From contig CAZPST010000001.1 of the NCBI GenBank assembly GCA_964589185.1, positions 1 through 34,630 on the forward strand: a stretch of 34,630 bases of DNA, given 5' to 3'. Each line of letters begins with the position of its first letter. Positions within the stretch are counted from its first letter, which is position 1. The translations under genes and the position numbers were made by a program. The stretch is from an uncultured Roseivirgaceae bacterium. Its GTDB lineage: Bacteria > Bacteroidota > Bacteroidia > Cytophagales > Cyclobacteriaceae. The notes beneath the pieces are model-generated. The model saw only the letters and a list, made by a program, of their open reading frames with translations, made no database searches and had not been told where the DNA came from. This document shows, one piece after another, positions 1-9,389 of the stretch.

Positions 1-1356
1 TTTGAGGAACTCAGAAATGAGGAATTTGATCTCCAAGTGGTAAACAGTTCTGATCCAAATGTAAACGTAGCTTTTTCGATAACGAGCTCCGGTATCAAAA
101 AGATAACCGTGACGGCTACTCTATCGGGAGATGACGAGCCTGTTGGAACAGCAACGGTTTCTAATATTACGGCTACTTCGCTGAACAGATTGAATATTAG
201 GATTCCATTTCCTGCGAGCAACGATGCACCTAGCGGATTATACACCATTGCCTATTCTATCGAAACAACTGATGGAAGCAAAGATGGCGGTTCGTATACT
301 ATCAATGTGATCAATAATATTCCTCCGGCCTACTGTATCTACGACGAGCCGCTTCCAAGTGGTAAGAATGTTTGGTTGAAAGTGTATTTACCTACATCTG
401 CTCAGATGCCAGGTGGTGACAACACGCTTTATGCCACGGGATCATTTGAAGGCTGGTCTGGTGGAGGAAATCCGGCGAATGCGTTCACGGCTATTAGCAG
501 CACGTGTTATGTATTGGCATTAAATCTATCGAATGGTGATGCATTCAAAATTACTCGTGGAAGTTGGTCGAAGGAAGCACAAGGGTATAACAAATCTAAT
601 TTTAGTGACTTTGTATATGCAGGCCAAAGTGTAATTGAATTTGCTGTCTATGATTTTGGAGACACTGATTTCGATCTTTCTGCAGTGGATGCACCTTCTG
701 TACCACTTGCCATCCCTGCCGGGGCAATTGTACCGGGTAAAATGACCGTAGTGGCGCAAGTAACCAACTTTGATGTAGAAGATGGTGACTATTATGTAGT
801 TGTTGAAGGCGCTACTTCTCTAACGGGTGCTATTCCCATGATTCCGTTCGAAGAACTGAATTATCTGGCTGCAGCTGTAGATAAAGAAGAAGGTGTGAAT
901 TACGTGGTAGTGAAGGACGTAATTGAAGCAGAAGGAACAAATGCCTATGGTTTTGCCCCGGAAATCACTTGGGATGGCGAAACGAATCCCGTACAAGTTC
1001 CAATTGGCAGCTTTGGTGATCCGATTGAGTTACCAGCCTCCATTTATATGACGGGTTCTGCTACAGATGGATGGTCTGGTGGAGGCGACTATGAAATTCC
1101 TTCTATTGCTGATGGAGTATATCAAGCAACCTTTACAATTAATGGCGGATCTGAGTACCTACTTTTACCATCAGTTGGTGGATGGGGTAATAAATGGGGT
1201 TATGGTGGATCGGGTGATGCCTCATCCGGTACGTTAAGTTCCCCAGGCACTGGAAATAATTTGTCTACAGGAGGACTTGAAACAGGGTCATATACGATTA
1301 CTGTTGACTTCACAACTGGTACTGGTACCTATGCGCTTGTACCGGCTAATCCTTAA
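1..1356 (+). CDS. SusE/SusF-like surface glycan (starch)-binding protein, C-terminal part; the gene continues off the left edge
   Basis: Frame 1 is open from nt 1 (FEELRNEEFDLQ precedes the GTG at 37), so the 5' end is truncated by the window. Two similar Trp/Gly-rich modules (LYATGSFEGWSGGGNPANAF and IYMTGSATDGWSGGGDYEIP, then GGWGNKWGYGG) resemble CBM-like starch-binding domains of SusE/SusF proteins. It sits directly upstream of GH13 genes. Confidence 0.5.
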   Translation, partial: FEELRNEEFDLQVVNSSDPNVNVAFSITSSGIKKITVTATLSGDDEPVGTATVSNITATSLNRLNIRIPFPASNDAPSGLYTIAYSIETTDGSKDGGSYTINVINNIPPAYCIYDEPLPSGKNVWLKVYLPTSAQMPGGDNTLYATGSFEGWSGGGNPANAFTAISSTCYVLALNLSNGDAFKITRGSWSKEAQGYNKSNFSDFVYAGQSVIEFAVYDFGDTDFDLSAVDAPSVPLAIPAGAIVPGKMTVVAQVTNFDVEDGDYYVVVEGATSLTGAIPMIPFEELNYLAAAVDKEEGVNYVVVKDVIEAEGTNAYGFAPEITWDGETNPVQVPIGSFGDPIELPASIYMTGSATDGWSGGGDYEIPSIADGVYQATFTINGGSEYLLLPSVGGWGNKWGYGGSGDASSGTLSSPGTGNNLSTGGLETGSYTITVDFTTGTGTYALVPANP

Positions 1357-1375
1357 TAGATAACTTTATAAAAAC

Positions 1376-1410
1376 AAAGGAGTCATTGCTCATCACAGTG
1401 ACTCCTTTTT
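1376..1410 (+). terminator. Rho-independent terminator after the SusE/F-like gene
   Basis: Perfect 10-bp stem AAAGGAGTCA (1376-1385) / TGACTCCTTT (1399-1408) with a 13-nt loop, running into a T-tract (to 1410), 20 nt after the stop codon. Confidence 0.6.
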
Positions 1411-1436
1411 GTTACTACTCATTTAAAGCGAAAGCC

Positions 1437-4400
1437 ATGCGATACATTCTCATTTCAATTGCCAGCATTTTTAGTTTCTCACTCTTCGGACAGGTGGTTG
1501 TCACCAATCCGCCATTCCCATCAGATGCGGCACCTGTTACCATCACCTTTGATGCCACGCATGGCACAGGTGGTTTAGCCGGTTATACAGGTCTTGTATA
1601 TATTCATACGGGTGTACTTACCAATCTAAGCACTGGCCCTAAGGACTGGAAATATGTAAAACCTGGAGCGTGGGGAACAAATACGGACGCAACCAAGATG
1701 GCAAGCATTGGTGAAGACCTGTATCAGATCACTTTAGGCCCATCGATTCGTGAATACTATGGCGTTCCGCAAGGTGAAACGATCATAAGTTTGGCCATGG
1801 TTTTTAGAAGTTCTGTACAGGTAAATGGCAATTGGCTAGAAGGAAAGGCAAATGGAGGAAATGATATTTTCGTGGATATGTTGACGGAGGAATTTCAATT
1901 TCTCATGTACACCCCCACAAAAACGTCCTTTTTGGTTGATCAAAATGAGTCAATTCCGATTAGTGCGCACACCAATTCTTCAGCCACATTTACTGTTTCT
2001 GTAAATGACGTTGAGGTCTACAGCGAAGTAGGAGTGACTGAACTAGATTATGATCTCTTTGCCACGCAAGCCTCAGGAACATATGAGGTAGTAGTTAGCG
2101 CAACGGATGGTGTGAGCGTAGAAGACGCCACGTTTACATACAGCATCCGCAGTGCCACAGTAAATGAAGCTCGTCCATCAGGCACCAAACGGGGAATAAA
2201 TTATAATTCAGAAGACCATACACGAGTCACACTTTGCTTACAAGCCCCCAATAAATCGTCTGTATATGTGATTGGCGATTTCAATGATTGGGGTTTTTCA
2301 TCAGATTATTTGATGAAAAAGGACGGTGAGTTTTTTTGGCTGGAAATTGACGGCCTGGTGCCCAATGAGGAGTACGCTTTTCAATACGTAGTGGATGAAT
2401 CCATCTACATAGCTGACCCTTACGGCGATAAGATTTTGCACCCACTGGATCAATATATCTCTGATGAAATTTATCCCAACCTAAAAGAATATCCTACTAA
2501 GGCCGTAAATGCGGTGGGATTTTATAATACCGTATCTGTTTTAGAGACGGGACAACAAGCTTTTGAATGGACGGATGGCGAATACCAAAAGCCACCAAAG
2601 GAAAAGCTAGTGATATACGAATTATTGGTTCGGGATTTTTTTAACAACGGTCAGGAAACCTACAAGAATCTTACAGACACTCTGTCTTATATCAAGAGTT
2701 TGGGTGTAAATGCCATAGAACTCATGCCGATTACCGAGTATTCAGGTAATGACAGCTGGGGATATAATCCCAATTTTATGTTTGCGGTAGACAAAGCGCA
2801 TGGCACAAAAAATGACTTAAAAGAATTTATAAATGCAGCCCACGAGATGGGAATGGCAGTGATCTTAGATATGGTACTCAATCAACAGGAGCAGCCTTCA
2901 CCACTAGTATTACTTGATTTTAATTTGGCGAATGGCCAGGTGACGCCAAATAATCCCTATTTCAATGTCACGGCAACTCATGAATTCAGCGTATTCTATG
3001 ATATGAATCATTTGAGCCCCTACACTCAATCTTTTGTAGATTCTGTTAATCATTATTGGATCAACGAATATCATTTTGATGGCTATCGATTTGACTTATC
3101 GAAAGGCTTCATGCAGACTGGGTCTTTTCATAACTATAATCAAGAGCGAATTGATATTCTAAAACGCATGTATGATGCAATCCGAGAATACTCATCCGAT
3201 GCATATGTCATATTGGAGCATTTTGGAGAGAATAGCGAAGAAATAGTACTGTCCAATTACGGTATGATGCTATGGGGGAATATTCATGGGCCATATAAAG
3301 AGAATATTCTCGGTACATCCTCTCCTGATATTAGATGGACGCATCATGGCGCCAGGGGGTGGGAAGACATGCACGTTATTGGCTTCATGGAAAGCCACGA
3401 CGAATCAAGACAGGCGCTTGAAGCGCTATTCAATGGTGGTAGTTCTGGAACTTACAATGTTCGAAACTTGAACATTGCATTAGATAGAATCAAACTCGCA
3501 TCGGCCTTCTTATACTCGATTCCTGGTCCCAAAATGTTATGGCAATTTGGAGAGTTGGGATATGATCTTAGTATAAATAGGTGTCCGAATGGCACCATTT
3601 CAAACGATTGCCGCACAAGTGCAAAACCTAACCCCTGGGACAATACAGAAGGATTTCCATATTACTTGTCGGCCAACCGCACGAAGCTGCGCAAGACTGT
3701 TTCTGAGCTGATCAAATTGAAACTGGCGCATGATGTATTTACTACCGGCAATTACTCTATCATAGAGAGTACACTTAGCTCCATTAAGCAAATCACCTTA
3801 CGAAACTCAACCAACGCCACTGCTCCGTCATCAGCTGTGGAGATGAGCGTAGTTGTAGTGGGTAATTTTGGTTTGACAGCTTCACAAGCGAGTATAACCT
3901 TCCCGTTTGCCGGATCTACATGGTATAGTTACTTTGATCAAGGGAAAATACTTTCGTTTAGCGGAAGCACTACAACGGTGACGTTGCAGCCGGGCGAATT
4001 TCGACTGTATACCAATTATGCATTGCCAAATCCTGAGCCAGAACTCATGGAAAATTTGACCCCTTTAGCACCTACTAATTTGTTGGTGTCTGAAAGTCAG
4101 GATGGAGTTTCTCTGACTTGGACCAATAATTCTACGATCAATGATGGAAACAATGTGTACCGACGAGTGGCCGGAGGTGATTGGGTGAATATTAGCAACA
4201 AGGCTCGACTGACAACTACACATTTGGATGCTAATGTACAAGAGGGTGTCACGTATGAATACAGAATAGGCACCTATACCAATGTGGGAGAGACGTTCTC
4301 CAATGAAGTGGAGATACTGGTTGAAGAATTTGTTCTTGGATTGAGTGAAGAATTAGCTGCAAGTATTTTCCCCAATCCCACTCGCGACAAATTGACCGTA

Positions 4401-4586
4401 AAAATGGTAGATAAAGAGCCGCTTTATTACTTCGTGTATGATCTGAATGGTCGGCAGACTGTTCGGGGTAAATTCACAAATGCAGATGCAGTCATTGACT
4501 TATCTACCCAGCAAAAGGGCATGTACTTGCTCGAAGTAATAACTAGAGATGGTGAGCGCCATTTCAGTAAGGTAATCAAGCAATAA
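1437..4586 (+). CDS. Secreted GH13 alpha-amylase-family enzyme with CBM48/E-set-like domain, Fn3-like domain and T9SS C-terminal sorting domain
   Basis: ATG at 1437 gives a signal peptide (MRYILISIASIFSFSLFGQ). The TTG at 1386 lies inside the terminator hairpin. GH13 regions: I VILDMVLNQ, II DGYRFDLSKG, III ILEHFGE, IV FMESHDE. An E-set/CBM48-like stretch (VYVIGDFNDWGF...FWLEIDGLVPNEEYAFQYVV) and an Fn3-like stretch (LTWTNNS...YEYRIGTY) are present. The C-terminal FPNPTRDKLTV...MYLLEVIT...KVIKQ is typical of Por/T9SS CTDs. Confidence 0.85.
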   Translation: MRYILISIASIFSFSLFGQVVVTNPPFPSDAAPVTITFDATHGTGGLAGYTGLVYIHTGVLTNLSTGPKDWKYVKPGAWGTNTDATKMASIGEDLYQITLGPSIREYYGVPQGETIISLAMVFRSSVQVNGNWLEGKANGGNDIFVDMLTEEFQFLMYTPTKTSFLVDQNESIPISAHTNSSATFTVSVNDVEVYSEVGVTELDYDLFATQASGTYEVVVSATDGVSVEDATFTYSIRSATVNEARPSGTKRGINYNSEDHTRVTLCLQAPNKSSVYVIGDFNDWGFSSDYLMKKDGEFFWLEIDGLVPNEEYAFQYVVDESIYIADPYGDKILHPLDQYISDEIYPNLKEYPTKAVNAVGFYNTVSVLETGQQAFEWTDGEYQKPPKEKLVIYELLVRDFFNNGQETYKNLTDTLSYIKSLGVNAIELMPITEYSGNDSWGYNPNFMFAVDKAHGTKNDLKEFINAAHEMGMAVILDMVLNQQEQPSPLVLLDFNLANGQVTPNNPYFNVTATHEFSVFYDMNHLSPYTQSFVDSVNHYWINEYHFDGYRFDLSKGFMQTGSFHNYNQERIDILKRMYDAIREYSSDAYVILEHFGENSEEIVLSNYGMMLWGNIHGPYKENILGTSSPDIRWTHHGARGWEDMHVIGFMESHDESRQALEALFNGGSSGTYNVRNLNIALDRIKLASAFLYSIPGPKMLWQFGELGYDLSINRCPNGTISNDCRTSAKPNPWDNTEGFPYYLSANRTKLRKTVSELIKLKLAHDVFTTGNYSIIESTLSSIKQITLRNSTNATAPSSAVEMSVVVVGNFGLTASQASITFPFAGSTWYSYFDQGKILSFSGSTTTVTLQPGEFRLYTNYALPNPEPELMENLTPLAPTNLLVSESQDGVSLTWTNNSTINDGNNVYRRVAGGDWVNISNKARLTTTHLDANVQEGVTYEYRIGTYTNVGETFSNEVEILVEEFVLGLSEELAASIFPNPTRDKLTVKMVDKEPLYYFVYDLNGRQTVRGKFTNADAVIDLSTQQKGMYLLEVITRDGERHFSKVIKQ

Positions 4587-4590
4587 AGGT

Positions 4591-5520
4591 ATGCGGGCTG
4601 TCACGGCTGCCATACTACTGATCTTGCTGGTGATTTCATGTAAAGACGTGAAGTCACCGGCATCATTGGTGCGCTTACCGGATTTCCCATCGCAATTTGT
4701 TCAGCCCAGACACATAGATGTTTGGTTGCCTCCAAATTACCCCACCCAGCAGCAATACCCCGTACTCTATATGCACGATGGGCAAATGCTTTTTGACTCC
4801 ACCACCACATGGAACGGGCAGGAGTGGGGGGTAGATGAGGTTATGGAGCATTTGATTTCGTCGGGGCAAATACGACCGGCCATTGTGGTGGCCATTCATA
4901 ATATCGATTCAATCCGACATGCGAATTATTTTCCACAAAAACCATTTGAATCATTGGCCAAACAGACGCAAGATTCGCTTTACACGTTGGAGCGTTCTCC
5001 GGGGCGTGGTTTATTTGGTGCCAGTGTCGATTCTGACCAATACCTGAGATTCATTGTTGATGAACTCAAGCCATTCATTGATAAAGAATATGCTACCCTA
5101 CCTGACCCAGCGCACACGTTCATCATGGGGTCCAGCATGGGTGGACTGATTTCGATGTATGCCATTTCGGAGTATCCGGAGGTGTTTGGAGGTGCAGCAT
5201 GTCTGAGCACCCATTGGCCGGGCATTTTCACCATGGAGAACAATCCCATTCCAAAAGCATTTTACCAATATGTCTTCACCAATCTGCCTGATCCTGCTAC
5301 GCACAAGCTCTATTTTGACTTTGGAACAGCCACGCTTGATGCGCTCTACGAGCCACTGCAATTGAAAGTGGATTCTATTATTCAATCTCGCGGATACACC
5401 TCCGAGAATTGGATCACACAAAAATTTGAAGGCCATCCGCATGACGAAAAAGCGTGGAGAAGCCGATTGCACATTCCTTTGACATTTCTTCTAAACAAAC
5501 ACCCACATGAAATCAAATAG
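4591..5520 (+). CDS. Putative esterase-family alpha/beta hydrolase lipoprotein
   Basis: Lipoprotein signal with lipobox (LLVISC). Nucleophile elbow GSSMGG. PVLYMHDGQ and HxxD-containing C-terminus as in the esterase D/enterochelin-esterase-like family. Lies 4 nt after the upstream stop. Confidence 0.7.
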   Translation: MRAVTAAILLILLVISCKDVKSPASLVRLPDFPSQFVQPRHIDVWLPPNYPTQQQYPVLYMHDGQMLFDSTTTWNGQEWGVDEVMEHLISSGQIRPAIVVAIHNIDSIRHANYFPQKPFESLAKQTQDSLYTLERSPGRGLFGASVDSDQYLRFIVDELKPFIDKEYATLPDPAHTFIMGSSMGGLISMYAISEYPEVFGGAACLSTHWPGIFTMENNPIPKAFYQYVFTNLPDPATHKLYFDFGTATLDALYEPLQLKVDSIIQSRGYTSENWITQKFEGHPHDEKAWRSRLHIPLTFLLNKHPHEIK

Positions 5521-7360
5521 CCTAGTAGTTTTCCTTCTTTTGGCCTCCTTTGGAGTATTTGCTCAGCCCAAACCTACCCATGTGGAGCCGCCTTTTTGGT
5601 GGGTGGGAATGAACAATCCCGAACTACAACTTATGCTACATGGTACCAATATCTCCACGCTGCAACCTGAATTTGCTTATGAAGGAGTGGAGTTAAACGA
5701 AGTGGTGAAATTGGATAATCCAAATTATTTGGTACTCAACCTGACTATCACTTCAGCAGCCAAGGCAGGCACATTTAAAGTGACCTTGAAGGAAGGCAAG
5801 AAGGTGAAATACGCCTTTGAGTATGAATTGAAAACTAAAAGTGTAGACAACAACCGCAATCTTGGTTTCAACAGCAGTGATGTGATCTACTTGCTCATGC
5901 CTGATCGATTTGCCAATGGCAATCCGGCCAATGACAATGTGAAGGGAATGCTTGAAGGAACGGATAGAAGCAAACCAAATGGACGCCACGGAGGAGATAT
6001 CAAAGGGGTTGCTGACCGATTGGATTACATAAAGGAGTTGGGCATGACGGCCGTATGGCTCACGCCTACGTTCGAAAACGATATGACACCTGAGTATGGA
6101 GCGTATCATGGCTATGCGGCCACTGATCTGTATGCGATGGATCGTCGATTTGGCTCAAATGAGGAGTTTAATGCCTTTGTGCAAAAATGCCATGACATGG
6201 GACTCAAAGTGATTATGGATATGATTCACAATCATGTGGGCGATCAGCATTGGTGGATGAAGGATATGCCCGACAAAGGTTGGGTGCACGATGTGGAACA
6301 ATACGGAATGACTAATTACCGAGGTGTGGTGCAATCGGATCCGTACGCTTCAAAACACGATATGGATCGATTGGTCAAGGGATGGTTTGTGCCATCTATG
6401 CCCGATTTGGATCAGCGTCATCCGGTTTTGGCTACTTACCTAATTCAAAATTCTATTTGGTGGGTGGAATACTCGGGTGTGGACGGCATACGGATGGATA
6501 CGTATGTGTATCCATACAAGGAATACTTGGCGCGATGGGTGAAAGAAGTGATTGATGCCTATCCCAAGTTCAATATAGTGGGCGAAGCATGGGTAGAGGA
6601 AGTGGCACATGAGTCGTATTGGCAGATGGATGCACCCAAAACAGACGGACACAATACCAACTTACCCAGCATCACCGATTTCCAGATCATGTTTGCGCTA
6701 GATCCCGGATTGAATGAAAACATGGGATGGAGAGAGGGATTGAGCAAGTTGTACTATGCTGTTTCGCAGGATAGACTTTACTCAGATCCTATGAAAAACG
6801 TGATTTTCTTGGATAATCACGACACAGAGCGATTTTTCACCCGAATGAATCAAAATCCGAAATTGTTTAAGATGGGGTATGGCTACATTCTGACCACTCG
6901 CGGTATTCCGCAGGTGTATTACGGCACAGAGCTGATGTGGGCTAATGATGACGTGCCGGGAGACGGACGCAAGCGCAAAGACATGCCCGGAGGATGGGCA
7001 GAAGACGAGCGCTCGGTATTTACACAAGAAGGCAGAACAGCCCAAGAGCAAGAGGCATTTGAGTATGTACAAAAGCTGACCAACTGGCGCAAAGGCTCAA
7101 AAGCCATCCATGAAGGCAAAATGACCCATTTCATTCCTGAAAACAACACCTATGTGTATTTCCGCTATACAGATAATGAAGCAGTGATGGTGGTGATGAA
7201 TAAAAATAGCCAGCCTACGAAAATGAATCGCGATCGATTCAAGGAAATATTGGATGGCTACAAAACGGGCGTGCATGTGATGGATGGCAGCACCATTGAT
7301 GTGACAGCCGATTTTGAAGTTGGTCCTATGCAGACGGCTATTTATGAATTAAAGAGGTAA
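5507..7360 (+). CDS. GH13 cyclomaltodextrinase/neopullulanase-like alpha-amylase (SusA-like), periplasmic
   Basis: Signal peptide (LLLASFGVFAQ). N-terminal HVEPPFWWVGM motif of cyclomaltodextrinase N-domains. GH13 regions DMIHNH, GIRMDTYVY, VGEAW, LDNHDTER. Overlaps the esterase gene by 14 nt. Confidence 0.85.
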   Translation: MKSNSLVVFLLLASFGVFAQPKPTHVEPPFWWVGMNNPELQLMLHGTNISTLQPEFAYEGVELNEVVKLDNPNYLVLNLTITSAAKAGTFKVTLKEGKKVKYAFEYELKTKSVDNNRNLGFNSSDVIYLLMPDRFANGNPANDNVKGMLEGTDRSKPNGRHGGDIKGVADRLDYIKELGMTAVWLTPTFENDMTPEYGAYHGYAATDLYAMDRRFGSNEEFNAFVQKCHDMGLKVIMDMIHNHVGDQHWWMKDMPDKGWVHDVEQYGMTNYRGVVQSDPYASKHDMDRLVKGWFVPSMPDLDQRHPVLATYLIQNSIWWVEYSGVDGIRMDTYVYPYKEYLARWVKEVIDAYPKFNIVGEAWVEEVAHESYWQMDAPKTDGHNTNLPSITDFQIMFALDPGLNENMGWREGLSKLYYAVSQDRLYSDPMKNVIFLDNHDTERFFTRMNQNPKLFKMGYGYILTTRGIPQVYYGTELMWANDDVPGDGRKRKDMPGGWAEDERSVFTQEGRTAQEQEAFEYVQKLTNWRKGSKAIHEGKMTHFIPENNTYVYFRYTDNEAVMVVMNKNSQPTKMNRDRFKEILDGYKTGVHVMDGSTIDVTADFEVGPMQTAIYELKR

Positions 7361-7389
7361 TATCGAAAGATTTGTGTAAACAGCTTGGA

Positions 7390-7899
7390 CTAAGACGTGA
7401 TAGCTGCTCTCGGTCCAAGTTCCACCACTTCCAAATTTTTTACTTGACCATCCGCGAGTGAAAACCGAAGTAAGGTTCGCATCTTGTGAAATCCATGCTT
7501 ACCAGCAGCGCCCGGATTCATGAATAGCAGCTTATTCACTTTGTCAGGCTTCACTTGCAAGATGTGTGAATGACCGCAAATGAGAAGATTGGGCTGATAC
7601 TGACGCACATACCTAAGTACGTTAGGATTGTATCGTGGGGGTTGTCCTGCTATATGCGTAATCAAAACGCGCACGCCCTCACGCTCGAAAACTTCTCCTT
7701 CTTTGCAATCCACGCGCAGTGATCCTCCGTCAATGTTTCCAAAAACAGCTAGGGTAGGTTTAAATGCCTTCAATTGTTCCAATACATCTTGGTTCCCGAT
7801 ATCACCGGCATGCCAGATTTCATCTACATCTTTGAAGTAGGTAAATACCTTGGGATCAAGGTAACTGTGCGTGTCTGAGAGTAGGCCAATTCTAGTCAT
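7390..7899 (-). CDS. YfcE/MJ0936-family metallophosphoesterase
   Basis: Metallophosphoesterase motifs in order: SDTH, GD(I), GNID, ITH, GHSH. The 169-aa size is typical of the family. Confidence 0.8.
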   Translation of the reverse strand: MTRIGLLSDTHSYLDPKVFTYFKDVDEIWHAGDIGNQDVLEQLKAFKPTLAVFGNIDGGSLRVDCKEGEVFEREGVRVLITHIAGQPPRYNPNVLRYVRQYQPNLLICGHSHILQVKPDKVNKLLFMNPGAAGKHGFHKMRTLLRFSLADGQVKNLEVVELGPRAAITS

Positions 7900-8016
7900 A
7901 GGGAATGGCGTGCAAGATATTAAACCAGTTCGTTAGGTCGTCCATTCCCTGACATTTTCCCCTCTGATTCAAATTCGTGGCACCACTTTCGCATCTTTTT
8001 CGTTCTTTTGACTGTG

Positions 8017-8538
8017 ATGAAAACGAAGACTACATTTTTTCTACTCATTCTTTTTTGTTTTTCCTTCAATCTGCGCGCGCAGGAGGTGAATTGGGTGACA
8101 TTCGAAGAGGCCGTGGAACTGAACAAAACAAAGCCCAAAAAATTGCTGATTGACCTCTATACCAACTGGTGCGGCTGGTGCAAAAAGATGGACAAAGAGA
8201 CCTATGCCAATCCGGCCATTGTTAAGGTAATCAATGAATACTATTATCCGGTGAAGTTCAACGCCGAACAGCGCGAGCCGGTCACTTTTGATGGCCATAC
8301 ATTTAACTATGTGGCCTCAGGAAGTAGAGGAGTGCATGAACTGGCTGCTGCGCTTACGCAAAATAAGTTGAGTTACCCCACCACCGTATTTATGGACGAA
8401 GAAGTGCGGATCATTCAGCCATTGCCCGGCTACCTCGGGCCAAATGACATGCTCCCCATCTTAAAATTCATTGGAGAAGATCATTTCAAAACTACATCCT
8501 GGGAAGACTATCAAAAGACATACGGCAAAGCGCAATAA
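8017..8538 (+). CDS. Secreted thioredoxin-fold protein (CxxC)
   Basis: ATG at 8017 yields a signal peptide (MKTKTTFFLLILFCFSFNLRAQ). Thioredoxin-like LIDLYTNWCGWCKKM with CGWC redox motif. Confidence 0.7.
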   Translation: MKTKTTFFLLILFCFSFNLRAQEVNWVTFEEAVELNKTKPKKLLIDLYTNWCGWCKKMDKETYANPAIVKVINEYYYPVKFNAEQREPVTFDGHTFNYVASGSRGVHELAAALTQNKLSYPTTVFMDEEVRIIQPLPGYLGPNDMLPILKFIGEDHFKTTSWEDYQKTYGKAQ

Positions 8539-8596
8539 TTTACGATGCGGATGCAACTATTGATTTTTTTGGGTGGTCAATGAAGAAAAAAATAGC

Positions 8597-9334
8597 ATGA
8601 AAAAGTTAAGCCTATTCCTAACAGCTCTTATCGTAAGCTTCGCATTGCTTGCGCAAAAGGAGACCACTCGTAGTTTATCATCCTTTACCGAAATTTCGGT
8701 TAACGAGGGAATTGATGTATATCTGAAAGAAGGTAGCAAAGAGGAAGCCCGCATTGTAATAGAAGGAAACATCGATATGAATGAGGTTCTCACCGAAGTT
8801 TCAGGAGGAAAATTGAAAATTCATCTTGATGGAAACAATCACAGGAATGTGGATGTGACAATTTGGGTCACCTACAAATCACTTAGCGCTGTAAGCGTGT
8901 CTTCTGCAGGCACTGTCATAGGTCAGAATCGAATAGTCACAGGAGGTGATTTCAGAGTGTCGGTCAGCAGTGCGGGTGATTTGGATTTAGATCTTAAAGC
9001 CAAAAATTTGAATATTAGCGCCTCTAGCGCCGGTGATGCCACCTTGAAAGTGGATGTAACTAGTGTGAACGCATCTGCCAGTAGTGCCGGTTCTATTGAT
9101 ATCTCGGGTGCAGCATCCTCAATAGATGTAGAGGTCAGTTCATCCGGAAGTTTTGGCGGGTATGACTTGGCGGTGGAGCGTGCAGAAGTAAGTGCCAGCA
9201 GCGGCGGTTCAGCAAGTGTCACGGTGAGTGAACAACTGGATGCACGAGCCAGTAGTGGTGGGTCTATCAAATACAAGGGAAATCCGCGCATGGACATCAG
9301 CACGAGCAGCGGTGGTTCAATTAGGAAATCATAG
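8597..9334 (+). CDS. GIN/DUF2807-like beta-helical repeat protein, secreted
   Basis: ATG at 8597 gives a signal peptide (MKKLSLFLTALIVSFALLAQ). About eight ~20-aa repeats are centred on SSAG/SSGG (VSVSSAGTV, VSVSSAGDL, ISASSAGDA, ASASSAGSI, VEVSSSGSF, VSASSGGSA, ARASSGGSI, ISTSSGGSI), as in head-domain/GIN adhesin-like proteins. Confidence 0.6.
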   Translation: MKKLSLFLTALIVSFALLAQKETTRSLSSFTEISVNEGIDVYLKEGSKEEARIVIEGNIDMNEVLTEVSGGKLKIHLDGNNHRNVDVTIWVTYKSLSAVSVSSAGTVIGQNRIVTGGDFRVSVSSAGDLDLDLKAKNLNISASSAGDATLKVDVTSVNASASSAGSIDISGAASSIDVEVSSSGSFGGYDLAVERAEVSASSGGSASVTVSEQLDARASSGGSIKYKGNPRMDISTSSGGSIRKS

Positions 9335-9358
9335 GGGAAATCTCCTTTCAATAGCATT

Positions 9359-9387
9359 AGCCTGACTACTTTTGGTCAGGCTTTTTT
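9359..9387 (+). terminator. Rho-independent terminator
   Basis: AGCCTGAC (9359-9366) / GTCAGGCT (9375-9382), 8-nt loop, followed by TTTTT (9383-9387). Confidence 0.6.
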
Positions 9388-9389
9388 AT

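Noticed and set aside
1386-1436. TTG-initiated 17-codon N-terminal extension of the large GH13 ORF
   Set aside because: The extension begins inside the upstream terminator hairpin, and the ATG at 1437 gives a proper signal peptide.
8923-9357. 144-aa antisense ORF inside the GIN/DUF2807 repeat gene
   Set aside because: It mirrors the repetitive Ser/Ala/Gly-rich coding strand. The sense strand has a signal peptide and regular family-like repeats, while the antisense product is low-complexity with no motif.
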